Source of the DNA: Deltaproteobacteria bacterium
Lineage (GTDB): Bacteria; Bdellovibrionota_B; Oligoflexia; Oligoflexales; Bog-1112
Assembly: GCA_016186945.1 (NCBI GenBank)
Contig: JACPKR010000008.1
Location: forward strand, 3,950 to 67,949
Direction: 5' to 3'
DNA: 64,000 nt
How positions within the stretch are numbered: position 1 is the first letter of the stretch; every line of letters begins with the position of its first letter. Under the pieces are notes generated by a model. The model saw only the letters and a list, made by a program, of their open reading frames with translations. It made no database searches and was not told the origin of the DNA. Positions 1 to 10,332 of the stretch are shown here, in pieces. Both the position numbers and the translations under genes were made by a program.

Positions 1-721
1 TTGCTCGAACTGACCCTCGTGGGACATTCAAATAAATCTCGCCTTCCTTGAAGACATCAGCCCACAGACGAGCTTCATTATGGTTCTCCAACTTGGGAAG
101 GTAGAAGTAGGGGCCACTTCTGCGGCTTAGCAACTCCTGCGCGTTGTTGAAGAAATACACCGCGAAATCGAATAGACTTGCGGAAACAGGTTCGTTATCG
201 ACGAGCAGGTTTTTCTCGATAAGGTGCCAACCACGCGGTCGAACAAGGAGGGTCGCTGTCTTTTCGTTCAACGTGTAAGCTTTCCCATCCTCGTTCACAA
301 AGTCGATCGTCCGCCGAACAGCACGGTTGAGGTTGTCATGACCTCGCAAGATATTGGCCCAGCGGGGGGAGCAGGAATCTTCAAGATCCGCCATAAACAC
401 CTTGGCCCCGCAGTTGAGCGCATTTATCATCATCTTACGCTCAACGGGACCTGTGATTTCCACCCGCCTGTCTTGCAGGTCATGGGGAACTGAGGCGACT
501 CGCCATTCTGAGTTACGGATGTCTTGTGTGGTTGAAAGAAAGCAGGGCTTTGTGCCCCGATCCCATTCCTTCTGTCGTTCAACACGGTCCTGTAGGAGCT
601 TTTTTCTCCTCTCATGGAAGGTTTTATGGAGGTGGATAACAAAATCAAGAGCGCCCGGGGTTAAGACAAAGTCTCTGTAATACGCATCCACGGGGCCCAA
701 AAGTTTCGCACTTGAAGGCAT
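1..721 (-). CDS. aceB: malate synthase A, N-terminal part (gene continues past the left edge)
   Basis: Absent from the ORF track because it is open at the edge. Reverse translation from ATG at 721 gives [20 protein letters not shown]...[35 protein letters not shown]...[19 protein letters not shown], collinear with E. coli AceB motifs ([29 protein letters not shown]). Confidence 0.85.
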   Translation of the reverse strand, partial: MPSSAKLLGPVDAYYRDFVLTPGALDFVIHLHKTFHERRKKLLQDRVERQKEWDRGTKPCFLSTTQDIRNSEWRVASVPHDLQDRRVEITGPVERKMMINALNCGAKVFMADLEDSCSPRWANILRGHDNLNRAVRRTIDFVNEDGKAYTLNEKTATLLVRPRGWHLIEKNLLVDNEPVSASLFDFAVYFFNNAQELLSRRSGPYFYLPKLENHNEARLWADVFKEGEIYLNVPRGSVRA

Positions 722-820
722 AAGCAAGTTACCTTTTAAGTTAAAGTTTCGATGTTATCTATTTTATAAAAAGATTATAGAACTTGATTGGGGTGGTCAA
801 ACTTTTTTTCGCAAAAAAAG

Positions 821-891
821 AGAAGGGAGTTCTTGGAGGAAGCAGCTGCGCAGTTTCCTCCAAACCACCTCCTTGCCAAGGCGGCTTACGC
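821..891 (-). repeat. F1 palindromic element, short form (core A + TIR-like end)
   Basis: + strand reads CTTGGAGGAAGCAGCTGCGCAGTTTCCTCCAAACCACCTCCTTGCCAAGGCGGCTTACGC. Sits in the aceB/nadE divergent intergenic region. Confidence 0.85.
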
Positions 892-915
892 CGCAACGAA
901 TAAAAGGAAGGGTCC

Positions 916-2553
916 GTGCCGCATTCACAGATTAAAATCGCACTCGCACAGGTCAATTTCCTCATGGGCGACATAGAAGGAAACATGAGGCGCATGATTA
1001 AGTTTGCAGGGGAAGCAAAACGCGCTGGTGCCGCTCTTATTGCCTTTCCCGAGTTGGGTATTACAGGATACCCCCCGCAAGACCTGCTTCTGCGTCAGGA
1101 ATTGTACGAACGCGTAAATAAAGCACTAAGCCAATTAAAGGAAGAGTGTCGAGGGATCGACCTTCTGGTGGGCTATCCCGAGCAGGAAGGAAAGGTGCGG
1201 TATAATGCCGCAGCATTCATTAGAGATGGCAAAATTCTTGCTAATTACCGAAAGCAGTGTCTCCCCAACTATGGGGTTTTTGACGACCGTCGCTATTTCA
1301 CACCCGGGAGCGCCCCCTGTGTGGTTGAAGTTAAGGGAGTCTTCGTGGGAGTGCTGATTTGCGAAGATATCTGGTACCCCGAACCCATCCAACAAAGTAA
1401 AAAAGCAGGTGCAGAACTTTGCATCTGTTTGAACGCGTCGCCTTTCGATCGAGACAAGGCACAGTCGCGTAAACAAACACTGAAAAGCCGTGTGCAAGAA
1501 AGCGGACTGCCTGTCGCCTACGTTCAGTGGGTGGGTGGACATGATGATCTGGTTTATGACGGTGGGTCAATGGTGCTTGATCAGGCCGGGACGCTCTGCC
1601 AAGATGCTGGGTTTTTCAAAGAATCGCTCCTGATAGCTCCATTCAAACGGACGAAGGAAGGGCTGCGGGTTGTTTCGGGACCGCTTCCTCCAGAAATGCC
1701 GACAGAAGCAAGAATTTACAACGCTCTTGTTCTCGGTGTCCGTGATTACATTCAAAAGTCAAGCTTTGATCGCGCCCTCATCGGCCTGTCTGGTGGGATT
1801 GACTCTGCTCTCACTCTTGCCATCGCCGTCGATGCGTTGGGAAAAGATAACGTGACCGCCGTGATGATGCCCTCTCGCTTTACCTCGGACTTGAGCATTC
1901 AAGCAGCCGATGAACAGGCAAGACTGTTGGGCGTGAAATTGCTCCAGATTTCGATCGAGCCAACGTTCCAGGCGTTCCTCTCAAGCTTGGGAATCGAGGA
2001 AAAAGACATAACGAGTGTCCCCTCGCAAAATATCCAGGCGCGGTGCCGTGGCGTTATCCTCATGGCCCTCTCCAATCAGACGGGAGCCATTGTGTTAGCC
2101 ACCGGGAACAAAAGCGAACTCGCAGTCGGTTACTCAACTCTCTACGGAGACTTGGTAGGTGGATTCTGTGTGCTAAAGGACGTTCTGAAAACGTTTGTAT
2201 ATAAACTGGCACACTACAGAAACTCGCTCTCCCCAGCCATTCTAAAAAACATTATAGATCGCGAGCCAACCGCTGAACTTGCACCGGGACAGAAAGATCA
2301 GGACACCCTTCCTCCCTATCCGGTCCTTGATAAGATTATCGAAGGCTACATTGAAAACAACAAAAGTATCGAAGATCTAGTGGCGGAAGGTCTCGACGAA
2401 GCTACCGTGAGAAAGACGACAAGGTCTATCGACCAGAATGAATATAAGCGCAGACAGTCGGCAACAGGTTTGCGGGTGACTAGCTGCGCTTTTGAGAGAG
2501 AGCGACGTTATCCAATCGTCTCAGGATTTCGAAAGGTTATCTATAGTATTTAA
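916..2553 (+). CDS. nadE: glutamine-dependent NAD+ synthetase (CN-hydrolase domain + NAD synthase domain)
   Basis: 545 aa. N-terminal nitrilase-like domain (IALAQVN...FPEL...LICEDIW), C-terminal SGGIDS PP-loop. GTG start preceded by AAGGAAGG. Confidence 0.9.
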   Translation: MPHSQIKIALAQVNFLMGDIEGNMRRMIKFAGEAKRAGAALIAFPELGITGYPPQDLLLRQELYERVNKALSQLKEECRGIDLLVGYPEQEGKVRYNAAAFIRDGKILANYRKQCLPNYGVFDDRRYFTPGSAPCVVEVKGVFVGVLICEDIWYPEPIQQSKKAGAELCICLNASPFDRDKAQSRKQTLKSRVQESGLPVAYVQWVGGHDDLVYDGGSMVLDQAGTLCQDAGFFKESLLIAPFKRTKEGLRVVSGPLPPEMPTEARIYNALVLGVRDYIQKSSFDRALIGLSGGIDSALTLAIAVDALGKDNVTAVMMPSRFTSDLSIQAADEQARLLGVKLLQISIEPTFQAFLSSLGIEEKDITSVPSQNIQARCRGVILMALSNQTGAIVLATGNKSELAVGYSTLYGDLVGGFCVLKDVLKTFVYKLAHYRNSLSPAILKNIIDREPTAELAPGQKDQDTLPPYPVLDKIIEGYIENNKSIEDLVAEGLDEATVRKTTRSIDQNEYKRRQSATGLRVTSCAFERERRYPIVSGFRKVIYSI

Positions 2554-2558
2554 GAGAA

Positions 2559-2705
2559 TCAATTTTGGGAAAAACTTTTTGAAAAAAGTTCCCCTCCACT
2601 GTCATCCCGCGGCTTGACCGCGGGATGACAGTGGCAGCCTCTCTCGAAAAAGTTGGATCCCGCGGCTTGACCGCGGGATGACACGTAGAATTTTTTCCCA
2701 AATTG
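2559..2705. repeat. F2-related composite palindromic element with two nested GTCATCCCGCGG hairpins
   Basis: Terminal inverted repeat CAATTTTGGGAAAAA / TTTTTTCCCAAATTG. Perfect 17-bp stem CCACTGTCATCCCGCGG-CTTGA-CCGCGGGATGACAGTGG at 2596-2634 and a second 9-bp-stem copy at 2657-2679. Fills the gap between the convergent nadE and 2707-4467 stops. Confidence 0.85.
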
Positions 2706-2706
2706 C

Positions 2707-4467
2707 TTATCTTGTAGCACTATAGTCGAACCAGCGTTTCCAAAATGGCTTGGAAAGATCCTCTAATTTAGCCTGCTCGTACTGGTTCAGAACAATGCCT
2801 TTGCTTTTCACATAGCGACCCAGGTGTCGGAAGAAGCGGTCTGACTTGCCGAAATTCCACTGTCTGTGAAGAAGGTGGGGAATGTTGCGCTCAATCGCAG
2901 TTCTGACCTCAGTCTCCGACAAGCTCGTTCCTCGACCGTAGGCCTGTAAATTACCTGACAGGAACTTGTCCAACTTGCTTGTGTGGCGTATGTCACGAAC
3001 GACTCCATCCACGAATGAACTATCGCTCATTGTATCGCTGTACGTTTCTTTAAACTTCTTTAAGGCTTTGATCACCACGTCATTGCTGGGTAGGTAAGCC
3101 ACGATTCCTTCTTCTTCAGTGACCATAAGGCGCTTCATGAGAGCCATACTTTGCAAGGCGGAGTGGAGCGCACGGTTCATTTTCAACTCAGCGTCGACCA
3201 ACTTAGAAAAGGATGAAACAAACAGCCCGTCGATTTCACCCCCTTCGTCAAGAACATGACGGAGGTTGTCTTTGAAAGCCTGACGATTGAACGCCAAACT
3301 GCGGGTAGACTCGACGAAGAGTCCGAGGCTATTCGTGTACAAGTCATGTGCACGTCGTCCCGTGTTGAGAAGGTTGAGATATTCTTCGTCAACCTTGATT
3401 TTGCTGGAACGGTAAGAAGATGTGGACGTCAAGATTGTCGGTAACGTTCCGTAGCCGAGATTGACGGCAAAACGGGGGTCGTAAATTCCGGGTGTTTCAA
3501 TAGTGGCCAATGTGCTACCAGTCGCTGCAATACCGATATTCAGTTTAGCGATTTCGTTCAAAACGGCTACGATACGAAGTTCCACGGAACGTTCAACAAC
3601 CTTACTGAGGAACGTTTCTTTGTTGGCGTACCGTTCTTCAAGGTCTTCTAATTGACGAACGATTGTGGGAAATTCTTCAAGGTTGCGAATGTTGACGCGC
3701 GTAGCTCCCAGGTTACCATGTTCATCCATTTTCAGAGCCATTGTATATGCCAGTTCATCGAAGAGCAGTTTGAGTTCTCCACGGTTCAGCGCCATTTCTG
3801 TCGCAACATCTCCCGTAAAGGCCAACATCGTATTGATGTGACGCTCGGATTGAGGAAACAAGCGTTTCAATAAAAGCGCATGCACCATGTAGAAGTTGCG
3901 AATTTCAAAATCTTGAATACCCTTATGTACGGCAATGAACAAATTCTCAGCTCGGTAATATTCGTCCAATGCCATTTTCATGAAGAGCAGGCGTGAGGCA
4001 TCGTAAGCCTTGTAACTGTTTACAAGGTTTAACCACGTCTGAGGGAGAACAAATCCGAAGAGGTTTCTAAACAAGTTATGCACATTGGGGGAAATTCCGT
4101 CTCCGAATTTAATGCTGACTGAAGGAAACACAGCTCCCCAACTTGTATGACGCCCCATCCCTGACCTGTATAATTCTTCGATCTTATGTCGAACGGGGAT
4201 CCCCTGGCCGAGCACTCGCTCGATGACGTCCTTCATGCTGTAGAATTCGTCCCGTGTTCCCAGTAAATGACTGCCGTATTGCCGTTTCGTTCTGTCCCAC
4301 GTCGGGTTCTCATACGCATCCCGGAAAAAAAAGAGATTCTTTTCCCCAAGAACCGTGGAAATTTCTCCGTCAGACATGACGAGCTCCGGTTCAATGGGGG
4401 TAATCCGTGCCCATGAAAGCGACGCTGACGTCAACAACACAATGGGGATAAAATGCTTCATCTTCAT
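2707..4467 (-). CDS. secreted protein, possibly a TolC-like outer-membrane factor with a C-terminal extension
   Basis: 586 aa. Signal peptide MKMKHFIPIVLLTSASLSWA. Long helical segments and short beta segments (AVFPSVSIKFGDG, AVNLGYGT) in a pattern reminiscent of OEP/TolC repeats. By-eye impression only. Confidence 0.35.
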   Translation of the reverse strand: MKMKHFIPIVLLTSASLSWARITPIEPELVMSDGEISTVLGEKNLFFFRDAYENPTWDRTKRQYGSHLLGTRDEFYSMKDVIERVLGQGIPVRHKIEELYRSGMGRHTSWGAVFPSVSIKFGDGISPNVHNLFRNLFGFVLPQTWLNLVNSYKAYDASRLLFMKMALDEYYRAENLFIAVHKGIQDFEIRNFYMVHALLLKRLFPQSERHINTMLAFTGDVATEMALNRGELKLLFDELAYTMALKMDEHGNLGATRVNIRNLEEFPTIVRQLEDLEERYANKETFLSKVVERSVELRIVAVLNEIAKLNIGIAATGSTLATIETPGIYDPRFAVNLGYGTLPTILTSTSSYRSSKIKVDEEYLNLLNTGRRAHDLYTNSLGLFVESTRSLAFNRQAFKDNLRHVLDEGGEIDGLFVSSFSKLVDAELKMNRALHSALQSMALMKRLMVTEEEGIVAYLPSNDVVIKALKKFKETYSDTMSDSSFVDGVVRDIRHTSKLDKFLSGNLQAYGRGTSLSETEVRTAIERNIPHLLHRQWNFGKSDRFFRHLGRYVKSKGIVLNQYEQAKLEDLSKPFWKRWFDYSATR

Positions 4468-4573
4468 AATTCACCCTTAAAGATGATTAACAAGCAGACA
4501 CCCAACGAAACAATTGGTTAAAGGAAAGTCAAAGTTTTTTCAAATCTTATTTTCAGAAAAAAAATTGCCCGTC

Positions 4574-4609
4574 CTGATTTTCAAATCATTCTTGATATCT
4601 GAAAATCAG
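4574..4609. promoter_or_regulatory. 10-bp perfect inverted repeat in the leader of the Nar/Nxr-type operon
   Basis: CTGATTTTCA (4574-4583) ... TGAAAATCAG (4600-4609), 16-bp spacer. Also contains the 14-bp palindrome TGATTTTCAAATCA at 4575-4588. About 235 bp upstream of the alpha-subunit ATG. Confidence 0.2.
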
Positions 4610-4773
4610 ACCAAGACGCGAACGTGCATACACACGGACGCTTGCTCGGTTATTGAAAACAATTCCCATTTATACCAAAAAATATCTCACAATTTTGTTT
4701 TACAAAGAAATATTTTTCTGTTTCACTGTAGGGGCTTTATACGCCTTGGAGGCCTTGAATATCATGTGTTTCA

Positions 4774-4817
4774 GTCGACATTAACTTGAGAAAGTTAAGC
4801 GATACGGTCGACATTAA
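4774..4817. promoter_or_regulatory. direct repeat GTCGACATTAA x2 (33-bp period) flanking a small hairpin just upstream of the alpha-subunit start
   Basis: GTCGACATTAA at 4774-4784 and 4807-4817. TTAACTT-GAGA-AAGTTAA hairpin at 4781-4798. ATG at 4842. Confidence 0.2.
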
Positions 4818-4841
4818 TTTGTAATTTGAAAAGGGGTCGGT

Positions 4842-7800
4842 ATGCAAGAAGATGAAAACAAATTGAGTTTTAAAAGACGAGATTTTGTTCGAGGTCTAGC
4901 AGCAACCGGTGCATTTGTTTCTGCACAGGCTGCTTTTGGTGCACCCATACGTTACTTTAAACCCACGCATGTAGAAAACCCACTCGCCTTCTATCCAAAC
5001 AGGGACTGGGAAAAAATTTACAGGAATCTGTTTGAGCCTGACTCTTCGTTTGTCTTTTTGTGTGCTCCGAACGACACACATAATTGTTTGTTGAGAACCT
5101 ATGTCAAGAACGGTGTCGCTGTACGCATCGGACCCACGTACGGTTATGGAAAAGCGACTGATCTCGACGGCAATAAGGCATCCTCACGATGGGATCCCAG
5201 AATTTGCCAGAAGGGTTTGGCAATGGTTCGTCGCTTCTACGGAGACCGTCGTGTTAAAGCTGCTATGGTGCGGAGGGGTTACAGACAGTGGGTCAACGAT
5301 GGATTCCCGAGAGATGCGAAGACAGGAAAGCCAGACGCTAAGTACTTCGAAAGGGGGAAGGATAAATGGGTGAGAGTCGAGTGGGATGAGGCCTACGACA
5401 TTACCGCACGCGCCCTCGACAATATTACTCGTACCTATTCGGGAAAGCAGGGAGAGTCCTACCTCCGTGAGCAAGGCTATGATCCTGCCATGATTGAAGC
5501 CACGGAGGGTGCAGGAACCCAGACTATAAAATTTCGTGGTGGCATGGCGTTTCTTGGCTCCACCCGCATCTTCGGCCTTTACCGTTTTTGTAACATGCTT
5601 GCTTTGCTCGACTCGAAAATACGAGGGGTGGATGAAAGCAAGGCGGTTGGCGCTCGTGGTTGGGATAGTTATAGTTGGCATACAGACCTGCCTCCCGGCC
5701 ATCCAATGGTAACAGGGGCACAGACGAACGATTTCGACCTCTTCGCGGCCGACCATGCGAATCTTATTCTTGCATGGGGTATGAATTGGATTACCACCAA
5801 AATGCCCGATTCGCATTGGATGACGGAAGCGCGTCTCAAAGGTGCAAAAACTGTTGCCATCACCGTGGAATACAGCGCCACCGCTTCAAAAACCGATGAA
5901 GTTGTTATTATCCGCCCAGGGACCGACCCGGCTTTCGCCCTGGGTCTGGCCCAGGTCATCATTGACAGGAAGCTCTACGACGAAGAGTTCGTGATGAACA
6001 ACACCGACCTGCCGTTCCTTGTTCGCACCGATACTCTTCAACCGCTTCGCCCTGAAGAAGTGATAGAGGGATACAAAGCCCCTGAATTGAAAAGTTTGAA
6101 AGTCTTGAAAAAAGGCGACAAACCAAACAATCTTCAAGACAATATCCAGTCAATTCCTGAAGCCATGCTGGGCGAATTCAAGCCTTTCGTAGTCTTCGAC
6201 AAGAAATCAAAGAAATTAGTCGCCGTCACGCGTGATGAGTACGGTGCCCACTTCATGAAGACGGGAGTCAAGCCAGATCTGAAAGCCAGTCAGAAGGTAA
6301 AAACTGTCGATGGCAAGACGGTGGAAGTCAGGACAATCTTCGATCTTACCGTCGAATACCTGAACAAGAATTTCACGCCCAAGCAAACTTCCAAACTTAC
6401 CAACGCTCCTGAAAAGGCCATCATCTCCCTTGCCACACAGATTGCGAAGAACAAGGAAAAGACACTCTTTGCTTGTGGGATGGGTCCCAATCAGTTCTTC
6501 AACTCGGATTTGAAGGATCGAGCTATTTTCCTCGTCGCAGCGTTGACGCGCAACATCGGCTTTCCAGGAGGTAACGTCGGCAGCTATGCAGGCAATTACA
6601 GGGCAGCATTGATAGGTGGTGAGCCTGTTTATGCGATGGAGGATCCCTTCCACCCGCAACTGGAAAAGGGAGGAAAGGTCAAGCTCGGCAAATTCCTTCA
6701 TTACGAGTCCCTTCACTACTTCAACTACGGTGACAGACCTTTGCGTATAGGCAAAACCCTTTTCACGGGCAAAGGGCATGTACCGACACCGACGAAGGCC
6801 ATGTGGCTTAACAATTCCAACTCCGTCATCGGTAACATCAAGTGGCATTTCGATGTTGTTAACAATACGCTTCCCAAGTTGGAAATGATCGCCTATGCCG
6901 ACTGGTGGTGGACAGGATCTTGCGAGTATTCGGACATCGTTTTTGGTGTCGACAGTTGGGGTGAATTCAAGGCCCCCGACATGTGTGGCTCATGCACGAA
7001 CCCGTTCGTGTCCATTTGGCCACAGACTCCCCTACCTCGTATTTTTGACACAAAGACTGACATGGACATACTTGCTGGTGTGGCTAAGCGTTTGGGAGAA
7101 ATCATCGAAGAGCCACGAATGGAGCAAATGTGGAAATTTGTGTTCGACAACGACGTCCATGAGTACCTTCAACGCATCATCGATCATTCCTTCACGTTGA
7201 AAGGTTACAATATTCACGATCTTGAGAAAAAAGCACAGGAAGGCATTCCCGCTCTGATGCAAAACCGCACCTACCCACGCATTTCATCTTACGAACAAGC
7301 GAAGTCGGAACAACCCTGGCATACGAAATCGGGACGTCTGGAATTCTACAGACCGGAGCAGGAATTCCTCGATAACGGAGAAAACCTGATCATCTATCGC
7401 GAGCCAATCGACTCGACACCGTACGAACCCAATGTGATTGTCGCCCACGAGCACATCGCCATCAGACCGAAGAGTCCCAAAGACTTGGGTCTTGATCCGA
7501 ACGATTTGTCGGTGGAAGTTAGGCAGGTTCGTAACGTCCTCAAAACACCGGACGAAGTCGTCAACTCAAAACACCCGCTGCGGCTGAAACTTTACACCCA
7601 CGTCTACCACACTCCCAAGTACCGGCACGGGGCGCACTCTACACCTGTTGACACGGACTATACGTCTGTCTGGTTCGGACCCTTTGGTGACGTTTACCGT
7701 CATGACAAACGGATGCCCTCCTGCACAGAAGGCTTTGTCGACATCAACCCACTCGATGCCAAGGAACTGAAGCTGGAAGACGGGGACTACGTTTATGTCG

Positions 7801-8318
7801 ACGCGGATCCGGAAGATCGTCCCTACAGGAATTTCAAGAAAGATACGGAGGAATATAAGGTCGCTCGCCTGATGTTACGTGTCCGCTACTACCCTGGCAC
7901 ACCACGAGGGATTGCACGCACTTGGCACAACATGTATGGCGCAACGTTCGGAAGCGTTCGCGCTCACGAAAGTCGCGCTGACGGTTTGGCGAAAAGTGCG
8001 GAAACAGGGTACCAATCGATGTACCGATACGGAAGCCATCAAAGCGCCACCCGTGCCTGGCTGCGTCCCGTTCACATGACGGAAACACTGGTACACAAAG
8101 GTATGTTTGGTCAGGAAATTGGCAAAGGCTTTGCCCCAGATATTCACTGTCCGGTTGGTGCGCCACGAGAAGCATTCGTCAAGTTCACCAAAGCAGAAGA
8201 TGGTGGAATGGGTGGCCAAGGAAAATGGCGTCCTGCATCGCTCGGTTTCCGTCCGACTTACGAAAATGTGGCAATGAAAGAATATTTGAAAGGCAGCTTT
8301 CTTAAAGTGAAAGCTTAA
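4842..8318 (+). CDS. Tat-exported molybdopterin (bis-MGD) oxidoreductase alpha subunit, Nar/Nxr clade of the type II DMSO reductase family
   Basis: 1158 aa. Twin-arginine signal [20 protein letters not shown]0-type motif C74-x3-D78-x3-C82-x39-C122. SWHTD282LPPGHP...ILAWGMNW...MPDSHW...[13 protein letters not shown]...[11 protein letters not shown] is collinear with the E. coli NarG segment around the Mo-ligand Asp. Confidence 0.85.
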   Translation: MQEDENKLSFKRRDFVRGLAATGAFVSAQAAFGAPIRYFKPTHVENPLAFYPNRDWEKIYRNLFEPDSSFVFLCAPNDTHNCLLRTYVKNGVAVRIGPTYGYGKATDLDGNKASSRWDPRICQKGLAMVRRFYGDRRVKAAMVRRGYRQWVNDGFPRDAKTGKPDAKYFERGKDKWVRVEWDEAYDITARALDNITRTYSGKQGESYLREQGYDPAMIEATEGAGTQTIKFRGGMAFLGSTRIFGLYRFCNMLALLDSKIRGVDESKAVGARGWDSYSWHTDLPPGHPMVTGAQTNDFDLFAADHANLILAWGMNWITTKMPDSHWMTEARLKGAKTVAITVEYSATASKTDEVVIIRPGTDPAFALGLAQVIIDRKLYDEEFVMNNTDLPFLVRTDTLQPLRPEEVIEGYKAPELKSLKVLKKGDKPNNLQDNIQSIPEAMLGEFKPFVVFDKKSKKLVAVTRDEYGAHFMKTGVKPDLKASQKVKTVDGKTVEVRTIFDLTVEYLNKNFTPKQTSKLTNAPEKAIISLATQIAKNKEKTLFACGMGPNQFFNSDLKDRAIFLVAALTRNIGFPGGNVGSYAGNYRAALIGGEPVYAMEDPFHPQLEKGGKVKLGKFLHYESLHYFNYGDRPLRIGKTLFTGKGHVPTPTKAMWLNNSNSVIGNIKWHFDVVNNTLPKLEMIAYADWWWTGSCEYSDIVFGVDSWGEFKAPDMCGSCTNPFVSIWPQTPLPRIFDTKTDMDILAGVAKRLGEIIEEPRMEQMWKFVFDNDVHEYLQRIIDHSFTLKGYNIHDLEKKAQEGIPALMQNRTYPRISSYEQAKSEQPWHTKSGRLEFYRPEQEFLDNGENLIIYREPIDSTPYEPNVIVAHEHIAIRPKSPKDLGLDPNDLSVEVRQVRNVLKTPDEVVNSKHPLRLKLYTHVYHTPKYRHGAHSTPVDTDYTSVWFGPFGDVYRHDKRMPSCTEGFVDINPLDAKELKLEDGDYVYVDADPEDRPYRNFKKDTEEYKVARLMLRVRYYPGTPRGIARTWHNMYGATFGSVRAHESRADGLAKSAETGYQSMYRYGSHQSATRAWLRPVHMTETLVHKGMFGQEIGKGFAPDIHCPVGAPREAFVKFTKAEDGGMGGQGKWRPASLGFRPTYENVAMKEYLKGSFLKVKA

Positions 8319-8332
8319 GGGGAGAAACGAAC

Positions 8333-9463
8333 ATGGCAAAAGTTAAAAATTGGCAAATCAATCGTGAGATGGAATACCCTTACGAGGAACATAGGCCGAA
8401 AAAACAGTGGGCGATCGTTTTCGACCTCAACAAATGTATCGCCTGTCAAACCTGCTCTATCGCATGTAAGACGACTTGGACCAGCGGCAAGGGCCAGGAG
8501 TACATGTTCTGGAACAACGTCGAAACAAAGCCTTACGGAAGTTACCCTCTGGCTTATGACCTTCGCGTCCTGGAACAGCTCGGCGCGCAGGAGTGGGAGA
8601 AACAGAAACCCTACCAAGGGAAAACTATTTTCGAAGCTGCACCCCCCAATGAGCGGGTTGTCCATTTTCATCCGAAAGATGAAGACTGGATGTATCCAAA
8701 CATAGGTGAGGATGACTGCACGAAAAATGTGCCCGCTGGCGATCATTTGGAACTTCCGCACGACAAGTGGTTTTTCTACCTGCCGAGGACTTGCGCTCAC
8801 TGCACCTACCCCGCTTGCCTTTCCGCCTGTCCCCGGAAGGCAATCTACAAACGGGAGGAAGATGGAATCGTCCTGATCGACCAGTCCAGGTGCAAAGGTT
8901 ACGGGGAATGCGTACGAGCTTGCCCCTATAAAAAGTCGATGTACAACCCTTACACTAGGGTCAGTGAGAAGTGCGTAGGCTGCTACCCCGCAGTGGAGCA
9001 AGGAAAACAACCTATGTGCGTGCAGAACTGCATCGGTAAAATTCGCGTCATGGGCTTCATCAACCCGCCGTGGAAAGCAAGGGAAGACAACCCGATCGAC
9101 TACCTCGTACATAAAAAACAGATTGCTCTCCCTTACTACCCGCAACTTGGGCTGGAGCCAAACATTTACTACGTTCCCCCCATTCATGCAGACCGTAAAT
9201 ATCTGCGTCAGATGTTTGGTCCCCATGTTGATGACGCGATTGAACGTTACAAGAAACTAAAGGAAGATACGAAAACACAGGGTCTGCTCGTCCTCATGGG
9301 CGGCACAGACAAAATCATGCACAGCTTCAAAGTCAACGACAGAACAGCGTTCGGCTACGACGAAAAAGGGGAGGAAGTGGTAAGCAGTCCTCTCGTCGAA
9401 CCTTTGATTGAACGCCCCGCCTTTGATACGAAGGTCGGTGCCATCCGTAACAATACACCGTAA
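8333..9463 (+). CDS. iron-sulfur beta subunit (NarH/NxrB-like, four Cys clusters)
   Basis: 376 aa. CIACQTCSIACK, CAHCTYPACLSACP, CKGYGECVRACP, CVGCYP...CVQNC. Immediately follows the alpha subunit. Confidence 0.85.
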   Translation: MAKVKNWQINREMEYPYEEHRPKKQWAIVFDLNKCIACQTCSIACKTTWTSGKGQEYMFWNNVETKPYGSYPLAYDLRVLEQLGAQEWEKQKPYQGKTIFEAAPPNERVVHFHPKDEDWMYPNIGEDDCTKNVPAGDHLELPHDKWFFYLPRTCAHCTYPACLSACPRKAIYKREEDGIVLIDQSRCKGYGECVRACPYKKSMYNPYTRVSEKCVGCYPAVEQGKQPMCVQNCIGKIRVMGFINPPWKAREDNPIDYLVHKKQIALPYYPQLGLEPNIYYVPPIHADRKYLRQMFGPHVDDAIERYKKLKEDTKTQGLLVLMGGTDKIMHSFKVNDRTAFGYDEKGEEVVSSPLVEPLIERPAFDTKVGAIRNNTP

Positions 9464-9473
9464 GGAGGCTGAT

Positions 9474-10322
9474 ATGAAATTTCTCGATAGAAAATTGGTA
9501 ATAGGTCTAAGTGTCTTTTACTCACTCAACGTAACAGCAATCGTAGCTCCCTCCGTAAAAGGGGATTTAAGCAAGCCAAGTTTGGATGAGACAATCTGGG
9601 CGACAGCTAAAGAAGAAACCGTTACGCTCATGGCGCAGCCCATGGCTATACCTCGACCCGCAGAGACAGCAACAGCACAGGTTAAGGTAAAGGCGGTGCA
9701 TAACGATTCGTGGATTGCCTTCCGTCTTAGCTGGGAGGATAAAGAGAAAAGTGAAGCGGGCAAACTGGGCGAGTTTTCCGATGCTGTTGCTGTGCAATTT
9801 CCTGTAAAGGACAACAAAAGCCCTCCGCCTGTTTTCATGGGGATGAAAGATAACCCCGTGCATATTTTCCACTGGCGTGCGCAATACCAGATCGATAAGG
9901 AAAAAGGCAAGAGGGAGATGAAGGATATTTACCCCAACATGAATCCAGACATGTACCCGATGGAATTCAAAGACGAGGGCCATCTGACAGGTTTGACGGA
10001 TGAAAAGCGGGAAATATTCTCACACGGCCGAGCCGCAGGAAACCCACAGTCGTACGCAAAAGCAGGTGTGGATGAAATCTTCGCAGAAGGGTTTGGCACT
10101 AGCTCGGTGATCAAGAATGTCGAAGCCGTTGCACATGGAGAATGGCAGAAGAGCGGCTGGACCGTCGTCATTTCCCGTCCTCTGGTGAGAGAAGAAGGCT
10201 CACACCTTAAAGTTGGTGAGGACACCTTTGTCGGGTTCGCTGTCTGGCAGGGTGGCAAAGATGAAGTCGGTTCACGTAAGTCTGTAACCATGCAATGGAC
10301 CCCACTGTCCATCGCAAAATAA
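9474..10322 (+). CDS. heme-b gamma subunit of type II DMSO reductase family enzymes (EbdC/DdhC/NxrC-like)
   Basis: Start moved to ATG 9474 (RBS AAGGAGG at 9462-9468). N-terminal Sec signal/anchor. WIAFRLSWED...AVAVQFPV...HIFHWRA block typical of this subunit family. Position in operon. Confidence 0.65.
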   Translation: MKFLDRKLVIGLSVFYSLNVTAIVAPSVKGDLSKPSLDETIWATAKEETVTLMAQPMAIPRPAETATAQVKVKAVHNDSWIAFRLSWEDKEKSEAGKLGEFSDAVAVQFPVKDNKSPPPVFMGMKDNPVHIFHWRAQYQIDKEKGKREMKDIYPNMNPDMYPMEFKDEGHLTGLTDEKREIFSHGRAAGNPQSYAKAGVDEIFAEGFGTSSVIKNVEAVAHGEWQKSGWTVVISRPLVREEGSHLKVGEDTFVGFAVWQGGKDEVGSRKSVTMQWTPLSIAK

Positions 10323-10332
10323 AGGAACTTCC

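Noticed and set aside
4591-4609. FNR/CRP-type box (TTGAT-N4-ATCAA) in the Nar/Nxr operon leader, suggested by TTGATATCTGAAAATCAG
   Set aside because: The half-site spacing does not fit. After TTGAT + 4 nt the sequence is GAAAA, not ATCAA. The neighbouring palindrome has N6 spacing. It is kept only as a generic inverted repeat.
4842-8318. Calling the alpha subunit a cytoplasmic respiratory nitrate reductase NarG, or a specific chlorate/perchlorate/selenate/ethylbenzene enzyme, or firmly naming it nxrA
   Set aside because: The twin-arginine signal and the EbdC-type gamma subunit (instead of NarI) exclude the classical cytoplasmic NarGHI. The alpha length of 1158 aa and the C-x3-D-x3-C motif argue against the ~900-1000-aa enzymes. 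Substrate and direction cannot be fixed without phylogeny, so no gene symbol was assigned.
8315-9226. 303-aa ORF antisense to the beta-subunit gene. Similar long antisense ORFs lie at 5184-5816, 6216-6848, 17744-18391, 20339-21223, 37564-38247 and 50596-51174
   Set aside because: Each lies entirely within a strongly supported gene on the other strand and has no recognisable motifs or RBS. They are typical shadow ORFs.
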